Positions 9,030 through 19,359 of a stretch of DNA of 32,109 bases are shown here, piece after piece. The notes under the pieces were generated by a model. That model was not told the DNA's origin, made no database searches, and saw nothing but the letters and a program-made list of their open reading frames with translations. The translations under genes were made by a program, and so were the position numbers. Within the stretch, counting starts at the first letter, position 1. Each line of letters starts with the position of its first letter. Origin of the DNA: Promethearchaeota archaeon (GTDB taxonomy: Archaea; Asgardarchaeota; Lokiarchaeia; Sigyniarchaeales; SOKP01); the NCBI GenBank assembly GCA_011364975.1, contig RDOE01000038.1:1-32109 (forward strand). Direction: 5' to 3'.

Positions 9030-9329
9030 AAACACCTCATCACAATTGATGACGTAGAATCAATAGCAGGTAGCGGCCTCGTAAAAGTATGTCAAAAATG
9101 ACTTCGGTCATAATGCTTGATGATACAGGATATGAGTGCTTATAATGACCGCCTCCTTGGTTATTGTAAGGATCCCGCGCCAAGCACGATTGAATGTGCT
9201 CATAGGAACATACTCCCCATATAATGTTATAATAAGGTTTTTTTGTCTCAATATGAGATTGAAACCTCCTTATCAATCCAGAATACACAAGCCTTAGTGC
9301 AAGCAATCTGAATCTTTCCTTGAGTAGAC
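9030..9329 (+). other. Structured pre-23S leader (5' external transcribed spacer)
   Basis: Hairpins at 9098-9111 (C-UUCG-G tetraloop), 9139-9170, 9183-9200 and 9246-9258. Segments 9204-9216 and 9286-9317 pair with the 3' trailer. Confidence 0.7.
9286..9317 (+). other. 5' strand of the 23S processing stem with bulge-helix-bulge (BHB)
   Basis: CACAAGCCTTAGTGC-AAGC-aat-CTGAATCTTT pairs with AAGGGTTCAG-GCTT-aga-GTGCTGAGGTTTGTG (12695-12726). This gives a 4-bp central helix with 3-nt bulges on opposite strands. Confidence 0.88.
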
Positions 9330-12678
<3,349 letters not shown>

Positions 12679-12694
12679 ACTCGAAAGAGGATTC

Positions 12695-12772
12695 AAGGGT
12701 TCAGGCTTAGAGTGCTGAGGTTTGTGGACGGTTAGATGGGTAAGGATAAGTAGAGGGGTGGAGTATGTTCCT
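12695..12772 (+). other. 3' strand of the 23S processing stem (BHB partner plus outer helix)
   Basis: 12695-12726 pairs with 9286-9317. GGAGTATGTTCCT (12760-12772) is the exact reverse complement of AGGAACATACTCC (9204-9216). Confidence 0.85.
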
Positions 12773-12781
12773 GAAGTTCTA

Positions 12782-12789
12782 TTTTTTTT
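12782..12789 (+). terminator. Oligo-T archaeal terminator of the rRNA transcript
   Basis: T8 run directly after the last paired trailer segment, where base composition drops back to AT-rich. Confidence 0.55.
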
Positions 12790-12961
12790 CTAGAATTACC
12801 AATTTATAATTAATATCCGTTTGAAAAAAGTATTTAATTTGAATATAATAGTTGCAAACAAAAGAATTAAATATCTTTATGAAATATTTTTAAATACTAC
12901 GGCGAATTTTTACCAAATTGGAAATTCCTAAGGAACAACTTTTTAAATTTATGGATTTAAT

Positions 12962-14167
12962 ATGCAGGATTTGGAATTAGACGAGTTTGCGAAGGAATAT
13001 TTACGCTTAGGATTGCGGATCGGTAAACATATTAACGGATATGTTGAATGTTATTACGGTCCCACTGAAATTAAACAAGCTGTTAATATGGAAAAACCAA
13101 AATCTCCCAAACTTCTATTAAGTGATTGCAATAATCTGCTTAATTTATTAACTAAACAAGGGTTTAAGGATAATCGAAAAAATTATTTTAGAAAAACGCT
13201 TAATGCAATTGAAACTTTATTAAAAAAGTTAAATGGAGATAAAATTTCTTATATTGAATTTGTAACAAATCTTTTTGATTTTAAACCTAAATTTTACGAT
13301 GAGAATTACTTTTTTTCTCTTAAATCTGAAGCAGATGAAATATATAGTGGAAAAGGGTTATTGCATGAAAGGATGAATAATTACGCTATTAAACGAAACA
13401 TATCAAAAGAAAAGATAAAAGAGTTTTTTACAAAAGCGATAATTGTTGCTCAAGAGCAAACAAAAGGAATTTTTCATGATCTCCTCCCAGAAAATGAAAA
13501 TGTAACCGTGAATGTAATCAAAGATCAAAGTTGGGGGATGTATAACTGGTATCAAGGAAATTTTCAATCTAAGATAGATATAAATATTAGTGCTAATTAT
13601 TATTGGACTGATATTTTAAGTTTTGCATGCCATGAAGGTTATCCAGGTCATCATACAGAATATGTAGTAAAAGAAAAATTGCTTTTTAGAAAAAAAAACT
13701 ATTTTGAGAATTCGATTAAAATGTTATATACTCCTGAAATGGTAATTTCAGAGGGTATTGGTCAAATAGCTGAAAATGTTTTATTTCTTCCTAAGCAAAG
13801 TATTCTTATATCTTTAGAAAATTTTTGCTTACATCCTGAAATTGAGGATGATTTAGAATTATTAATTAAACAAATTCAGTTAAAAAAGAAATTTAGAGTT
13901 CTCGAAGGTGCTTTAGCTTATTATAAATATAATAATAATTGGAATGATAATGAAATAAGAGAATTCTTGAGACAACTTGAATTAATTACTGAACCTGCAA
14001 TAACATCAATGCTGAAATTTATTTCAGATGAATTATGGGCACCATATGTTTTAAGTTATCAGGGAGAGCGTCTTCTAACTGAAAAATTTGGAAATCATCC
14101 CAATCCTGAATACTTTCAAACGGTTTATTTGGAGAATACTTTACCCTCCGATTTATCCCGAAGATAA
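12962..14167 (+). CDS. DUF885-like zinc metallopeptidase (gluzincin-type)
   Basis: CHEGYPGHH motif with a downstream SEGIG third-ligand segment and a C-terminal Y..SY..G. No signal peptide. Confidence 0.75.
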   Translation: MQDLELDEFAKEYLRLGLRIGKHINGYVECYYGPTEIKQAVNMEKPKSPKLLLSDCNNLLNLLTKQGFKDNRKNYFRKTLNAIETLLKKLNGDKISYIEFVTNLFDFKPKFYDENYFFSLKSEADEIYSGKGLLHERMNNYAIKRNISKEKIKEFFTKAIIVAQEQTKGIFHDLLPENENVTVNVIKDQSWGMYNWYQGNFQSKIDINISANYYWTDILSFACHEGYPGHHTEYVVKEKLLFRKKNYFENSIKMLYTPEMVISEGIGQIAENVLFLPKQSILISLENFCLHPEIEDDLELLIKQIQLKKKFRVLEGALAYYKYNNNWNDNEIREFLRQLELITEPAITSMLKFISDELWAPYVLSYQGERLLTEKFGNHPNPEYFQTVYLENTLPSDLSRR

Positions 14168-14257
14168 AAGATTTTTGTTATTTTTCAATTGATCTTGTAC
14201 AAACAGATAATCTATATTAAGAAAAATAAAAAATTAAGAAACTTCAATTGAAGAAGT

Positions 14258-14290
14258 TTATGGTATAATGCTTCCTCCATTTACTTCCAT
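14258..14290 (-). CDS. Micro-ORF, 10 aa MEVNGGSIIP
   Basis: ATG GAA GTA AAT GGA GGA AGC ATT ATA CCA TAA. GGTGA RBS lies 7 nt upstream (14298-14302). An inverted repeat AAACTTC/GAAGTTT (14239-14259) and T-rich tracts follow the stop. Confidence 0.7.
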   Translation of the reverse strand: MEVNGGSIIP

Positions 14291-14475
14291 AACTTATTCA
14301 CCTAAATATTTTATTCTTGTTTTAATTCCAAAATATTTTTACAAAAAAGAATTTAAACCCCAATTTTTTCCAATTCATGCCTGGTTAAAAAAAATAAAAG
14401 AAAAACCTAAAAGTCTTATTAATTGTTCTATTAAAAATTAAAAAATAAAAAATAGGTATATTCACTTGCGAAGAT

Positions 14476-14508
14476 CTAAGGTATAATTCCTCCACTGCTT
14501 ATTGACAT
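14476..14508 (-). CDS. Micro-ORF, 10 aa MSISSGGIIP
   Basis: ATG TCA ATA AGC AGT GGA GGA ATT ATA CCT TAG. Same length and C-terminal pattern as its neighbours. The RBS is weak; T-rich tracts lie downstream. Confidence 0.62.
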   Translation of the reverse strand: MSISSGGIIP

Positions 14509-14601
14509 AGCTGGTTTTGCTCATTTATTTTCAGAATATGTATTACCTTCAGTTTTAATTCAATAAAAATTTAAAAAATATACCCTAGAAAAGTAATATA
14601 T

Positions 14602-14634
14602 CTAGGGAACTGTTCCACCTGTGTCTGCGGGCAT
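14602..14634 (-). CDS. Micro-ORF, 10 aa MPADTGGTVP
   Basis: ATG CCC GCA GAC ACA GGT GGA ACA GTT CCC TAG. GGTGA RBS lies 7 nt upstream (14642-14646). An inverted repeat CCCTAGA/TCTAGGG (14583-14607) overlaps the stop. The ORF is a GC-rich island in AT-rich DNA. Confidence 0.7.
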   Translation of the reverse strand: MPADTGGTVP

Positions 14635-14814
14635 CCAATTTTCACCCAATATAATTATAATTGAACATTAAAAATCTTGTGTAATAGAATATTTGTAAAG
14701 AGTATAATGAAGTCCAATCTTTTTAGTTTTTTAAAAAGTATACAAAATTATAAATTCCAATTTATCTTATAATAACATTACAATTTTGTAAAGAAATTGT
14801 AATGGTGAAATTTA

Positions 14815-15141
14815 ATGGTACTAATTATTTGGCGTCAAACTCAAAAAATTAAGTCTGATAAATGGGACGAATTAGAAAAACTAGAAAAAAAGTTTTTAGA
14901 ACTAGAAAAGCGCTTAGGCTTTCCCATAGAGACAAAGAAACGGTATCGAGCTCTCTTTGGGCCAGAAGGAGTAAACACATTAATTATAGATTATCAATGG
15001 GACAGTATGGCAAAAATGGAGAAAACATATACGAAAGCATTTTTAGATCCTGAATATCAAAAACTTGCGGAAGAAGCGTTGCCATTGATAGAAGAAAATA
15101 TTTGGGAGATTTTAGTACCTTGGCCTGCATTTCCAGAATAA
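14815..15141 (+). CDS. Small hypothetical protein, probable dimeric alpha-beta barrel (NIPSNAP-like) fold
   Basis: 108 aa with GGTGA RBS at 14804-14808. Alternating beta/alpha pattern with a Y.WDSMA..E segment typical of NIPSNAP-like proteins. Confidence 0.6.
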   Translation: MVLIIWRQTQKIKSDKWDELEKLEKKFLELEKRLGFPIETKKRYRALFGPEGVNTLIIDYQWDSMAKMEKTYTKAFLDPEYQKLAEEALPLIEENIWEILVPWPAFPE

Positions 15142-15307
15142 AATATTTAATATAAATTTCTTAATTTTTTTTTAATTTCTTGCTTATTTTATGATCATTT
15201 CAGCTAGTATCATAAAATTTGAATTGATTAAAAATGTTTAATCAAGTTATTTAATAAAGGATGATAAAAAAGAAAGAAAAAAAGGAATTTATTAATTTTT
15301 AATTATA

Positions 15308-15634
15308 TCATAGTTGTTCAGGCATTTGCAAATTTATAAAGCGCATTGCTTCAGGAGCGGGTAAGTAAGTTCTAATCTGATACGTCATACCTTCAATTTC
15401 TGAAAAGCCTAACATATTTTGTGTGGCATTTTTAATAGCATCTTCAAGTTTTCCTTTTTTAACGTTAGATACAGTAAAGGTATGAGTTCCTTGAGGTGTT
15501 GAATTCACAGCAAATGGAATAACGGTTTCAGAGATCGTGTTATCGGGAGGATACTTTTTCAGTATTTCGAGATACAATTTTCCTGCCTTAGCTTCGTTTC
15601 CCGGAGGATACCAAATTTCCACAACTAAATACAT
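15308..15634 (-). CDS. Small hypothetical protein (ferredoxin-like/dimeric alpha-beta barrel; paralog of 15664-15963)
   Basis: Shares the pattern Y.VV...YP......GK..L....P and F..IEG..Y.I...L...EA...I.L with the adjacent ORF. Confidence 0.7.
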   Translation of the reverse strand: MYLVVEIWYPPGNEAKAGKLYLEILKKYPPDNTISETVIPFAVNSTPQGTHTFTVSNVKKGKLEDAIKNATQNMLGFSEIEGMTYQIRTYLPAPEAMRFINLQMPEQL

Positions 15635-15663
15635 TTTTGAGACATCTTAAATTTTTTTTAAAA

Positions 15664-15963
15664 TTATCCTAAACCAATGATTTTTAGGGCATCTTTGGCC
15701 TCTAAAACGGGATAAACAGTGTATTCATACCCTTCTATATCCTTATATCCTGAGAATCGAGTATATAATGCTTTTATACCTTCAAAATATTTGTTTTCTT
15801 CCGTAATTTCATAAATTGAAAAAAATATGTATTTTCCACCAACTGCGTTAAAAACATGTTCAGTTTTAACATAAGGAGGTAATTTCGCTAACTGTAGGAA
15901 CTTTTTTCCAATTTCAGAAGCTTTATGTCCCGGAAATGATCCGGTTACAACTACATAAGCCAT
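15664..15963 (-). CDS. Small hypothetical protein (paralog of 15308-15634)
   Basis: YVVVTGSFPGHKASEIGKKFL ... YKDIEGYEYTVYPVLEAKDALKIIGL aligns by eye with the downstream ORF. Confidence 0.7.
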   Translation of the reverse strand: MAYVVVTGSFPGHKASEIGKKFLQLAKLPPYVKTEHVFNAVGGKYIFFSIYEITEENKYFEGIKALYTRFSGYKDIEGYEYTVYPVLEAKDALKIIGLG

Positions 15964-16253
15964 TTTTCAAATCAACTTTTATTTACTTCTTTTAATTTAA
16001 TGGATTTCATTTATATACCTAATCAGAATCCTAACAAAAGGAAAATAGGTATATCTTCTTTAAAATGAGGCTTAATTTAAACCTATACATTTTTGTATAT
16101 GAATGTTTCTAGATAAAAAGTATTTAATAATCATAATTAATATAAGATATAACTCTTAATTTGAAATTCGATGATTACTTAGATTTAATTAAACAATAGA
16201 TTGATTTTCAGTTAATTTTAAATATACACACTTTTAACTATTCAAGCAATACT

Positions 16254-17072
16254 ATGAAAGAAATCAATATAAGATATGAAAATGATCCACGTAAAGATAA
16301 TCCAAGATATAATCAATCTGGTTTTTTTTTAAAATTGCAACAGTTTGAAGCCTGGATCTATAGAATGATGGATGTGCGTAATGAACAACAAATAACGATG
16401 CAGTCAAGCTATTTGCCTGAAGTTGCAGAGAAAGAGTTATATATTCAACCAGCTCCCCAGATTTATTGTTTGTATGATTTTGCAGATGAGTTTTTAGAAG
16501 AGGGGGGTATTGAGGTATCTTATAAATCAAATCTTATCCAATTTAAAAAGCTTGATATTAATAACTCAGAAAGGACAAAAGAACATTTTGAAAAAGAAGA
16601 TCAGCAAAAATTAAGTTTTAATAAGAATAAAGAAGAAAAGATTGAAGGAAGTTTTGGTTTATTAATTATTGGATGGGGTACTGCTATCCTTGGAATAGTG
16701 AAAGGAAATGAAATAGAAGAGATAAGTAGGTTTCGCGCCTCTCAATTAGGACGGTATGATTGGAAACGATTTAGTTCCGAGGAGGAATTGGACTGGTGGA
16801 TAAAAAGGGAAAAAAGAGAAGCATATCGAAACATTTGCAGGATAGCAAGTAGTGAATTTCAACCAAGAATAAATGAATTAGATCAAATTATTATTGGCCT
16901 AAGAAAATTAGTCCAAGAAGATAATATAGACTTAACTTGGTTTAACGATCCTGTCCGAGAAAAAATTAATAATATCTTTGAGTTTGAACAAGATTCTGAA
17001 CCCAGCTTGAAGGAATTACTAGTTAAATTTATTGAAAGTCAAAATAATGATGAGCTGAACAAGAAGGAGTAA
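16254..17072 (+). CDS. Divergent aRF1/eRF1 domain-2-containing paralog lacking GGQ
   Basis: FGLLIIGWGTAILGIVKGNEIEEISRF matches YGLIVVGRAESAVGFIRGTQIEIIREF of the aRF1 at 3438-4712. LYDFADEF matches RYHCASEF, and LDQIIIG matches LQGIFIG. Confidence 0.6.
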   Translation: MKEINIRYENDPRKDNPRYNQSGFFLKLQQFEAWIYRMMDVRNEQQITMQSSYLPEVAEKELYIQPAPQIYCLYDFADEFLEEGGIEVSYKSNLIQFKKLDINNSERTKEHFEKEDQQKLSFNKNKEEKIEGSFGLLIIGWGTAILGIVKGNEIEEISRFRASQLGRYDWKRFSSEEELDWWIKREKREAYRNICRIASSEFQPRINELDQIIIGLRKLVQEDNIDLTWFNDPVREKINNIFEFEQDSEPSLKELLVKFIESQNNDELNKKE

Positions 17073-17114
17073 ATTAAAAATAAATAATAATTCCGTTATA
17101 AAAAATTTCTACCC

Positions 17115-17663
17115 TTAATTTCGTTTTTGATACCGTTCGATTGCAATTTCACGCCACTTTTTATTCCAGGCAGGAAATCCACTTTTTACATACCGTTCGT
17201 GTTCTGGGAAATTTTGGGTCACCCAATTAAAAAGCACAAAATATCGTTGAGCACCTGCTTCCTTAGAAAGTTTTTTAGACTTAACTCCTAATTTTCTTAA
17301 GTGAGATACATATCTCCCTTCAATCGCATCTTGAAGTTTTCCTTCAACTATCGCAGGTTCATGCTTTATTCCCACTTCATCAAACCAGTCTCGTACTAAA
17401 TCGAAACAATTACCACGGCAGATTCGTATCGAGTCTGTTTTTTTGTTGAATTTAAGTGCTTTAAGCCCATCCTTAACCATTTTGAGGATATATTCTTTGG
17501 ATTTTCGATCTTCATGGTTTTTCTTATTATAGAGGCCCACAGGCACACTACGAAATATAATATTCCCGGTTTCAACTACATGAAACCCAATAAACGCGTC
17601 TCCGACTAAATCGCCAGTTCCGCTATCGTCTATTTCGATTGTTCGTTTTGTTATTGATTGCAT
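17115..17663 (-). CDS. Hypothetical protein with RNase H(II)-like N-terminal motif
   Basis: IEIDDSGTGDLVG resembles the RNase HII GIDEAGRG strand. GGTGA RBS lies 8 nt before the ATG at 17663. Confidence 0.6.
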   Translation of the reverse strand: MQSITKRTIEIDDSGTGDLVGDAFIGFHVVETGNIIFRSVPVGLYNKKNHEDRKSKEYILKMVKDGLKALKFNKKTDSIRICRGNCFDLVRDWFDEVGIKHEPAIVEGKLQDAIEGRYVSHLRKLGVKSKKLSKEAGAQRYFVLFNWVTQNFPEHERYVKSGFPAWNKKWREIAIERYQKRN

Positions 17664-17966
17664 TAAATGCATCACCTTTTTTCATTTGTTATTTAAAAAT
17701 TAATAATCGTCAATCGTTGAAATCAAATGATTTTTGTCCGATTTTCGTTTTAATCTATTTATATAAAATTATTAACCCTATAAATGTTTTTTGAATAGAT
17801 TTTATAATAATTTTCAATATTTAATCTCTTGAAAAATTTGGTAATCATCCAAATTCAAAAACCTTTCAGAACATTTATATAGAGCATGTTTTGCCCTCTG
17901 ATTTAATTTAAAAAAGCATTCATAAGAAAAACAAATAATGAATATAATTTCTCATTATTGGGAAAT

Positions 17967-17993
17967 TTATGGAATAACCCCTGGCCCTTGCAT
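17967..17993 (-). CDS. Micro-ORF, 8 aa MQGPGVIP (11 aa MFQMQGPGVIP if started at 18002)
   Basis: ATG CAA GGG CCA GGG GTT ATT CCA TAA. GGTGA RBS lies 8 nt upstream (18002-18006). An imperfect inverted repeat at 17946-17967 abuts the stop. Confidence 0.62.
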   Translation of the reverse strand: MQGPGVIP

Positions 17994-18204
17994 TTGAAAC
18001 ATCACCTTTATTTTTGTTAGTATTAAAAAATTTGTTTATATCTATTGAATTAATATAACTTTCTGAAAAAATTGCTCCAGTTTAGAGAATAGAATGAAAT
18101 TTTATCAGCAAAACACGTTTGAACTCGTTCTTTATAATTTTCTTTTTATAAATAGATATAAACTTCGATTTTTTTTCTTTAAAAAAAACACAAAAGAATT
18201 AGAT

Positions 18205-19182
18205 TTAGATATATTTTTGCACAAATTTATTTACATTTTCAAACGCTTTCTTACTTTCTGATAGTTCATATCCCAGATTTTGAAATACATGAACCATATT
18301 CTCATAAACTTCTAATTTTATATCAATTCCAGCAGTTTTTGCTTTCTCTGCTAACATTATCGAGTCATCCAATATAGCTTCTATCCCACCTGCTTGAACG
18401 AGCAGAGGAGGGAGTCTTGTTAAATCAGAAAAAACAGGTGAGATATAAGGATTCTCAAGAGAATAGGTTTGCGCATACGCTAACGCCATTGGTTTTATCC
18501 CTGCAACTAATTCGGGTTCATATTTAGAGTTTATTTCTAAAGATTTTCCACTTCCCGTAAGATCGACCCATGGAGACATTAAAACTGCGGCGGCGGGGAA
18601 TGGCAATTCCAATTCTTTCAACTTTAATAACGTTGCCATAGTTAATCCTCCACCAGCGGACTCGCCACCGATAATGATCTTTTTGGGGTTATATCCTTCT
18701 GAAAGTAGCCACTTATAGGCTTTAACAGAATCATCTAATGCCGCAGGAAAAGGATATTCCGGAGCTAATCGATATTCAATAGTTAAGCAGCGTAAATTGG
18801 TTGCATTTGAAACTAAATAAGGAATCCAACGTCTACTTTCAAGATTTCCCATAATATATCCTCCTCCAAATAAATGGAAAAAGATTTTCTCCTCTTCAGC
18901 TTCAGGTATATAAAGCCATTCAGCGGGAATATCTTCGATATTTATTCTTTCAATTACTATATTCTTAGGAATATACTTATTTCTTTCCATTCCGGTTGAG
19001 TTAGATATATACCTATTAAAGTCTAAAATCGTCTTCCAATCACATTTTCTATTTATAATATCTTCTATAGAAATATTGTGCTGGGAAACAAATTCCTTTG
19101 CTGCATTTTCACTTATTTCGTTAGCCTTCTTTAGTAGTGTCCCCAATTTTTTATGAACTTTAGCTACTTCATTATATGACAT
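18205..19182 (-). CDS. Alpha/beta hydrolase, hormone-sensitive-lipase (HSL/Aes) family
   Basis: YRLAPEYPFPAALDD, GESAGG nucleophile elbow, SPWVDL, ISP and the catalytic His in MVHVFQ. Confidence 0.92.
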   Translation of the reverse strand: MSYNEVAKVHKKLGTLLKKANEISENAAKEFVSQHNISIEDIINRKCDWKTILDFNRYISNSTGMERNKYIPKNIVIERINIEDIPAEWLYIPEAEEEKIFFHLFGGGYIMGNLESRRWIPYLVSNATNLRCLTIEYRLAPEYPFPAALDDSVKAYKWLLSEGYNPKKIIIGGESAGGGLTMATLLKLKELELPFPAAAVLMSPWVDLTGSGKSLEINSKYEPELVAGIKPMALAYAQTYSLENPYISPVFSDLTRLPPLLVQAGGIEAILDDSIMLAEKAKTAGIDIKLEVYENMVHVFQNLGYELSESKKAFENVNKFVQKYI

Positions 19183-19359
19183 AACGTCTTTCCTACAAAT
19201 TCAATGTCTTAGTACATATTAAAAATGAAACAGATTAAAATCTTTTTGAATTAATTCTCAAACACATTTTTGACTTAAATGTGACGAGTTTTTAAACTTA
19301 TTTTAAGAAAGTAATTAACCACTTTATACTAATAAATTCAATAAAGGTATTTAGGAAAT

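Noticed and set aside
9030-9200. tRNA, 5S rRNA or C/D-box sRNA upstream of the 23S
   Set aside because: No cloverleaf or T-loop and no 5S motifs. The TGATGA hexamers lack a suitably placed CTGA D box.
14294-14378. Minus-strand ~28-codon ORF MNWKKLGFKFFFVKN... within the peptide array
   Set aside because: No RBS, runs through homopolymer tracts and lacks the G-x-(I/V)-P ending.
14240-14650. CRISPR array or DNA repeat explanation for the recurring GGTATAAT..CCTCCA text
   Set aside because: Copies are too divergent and irregularly spaced (218 and 126 bp) for CRISPR repeats, and no cas genes are present. The similarity is better explained at the peptide level.
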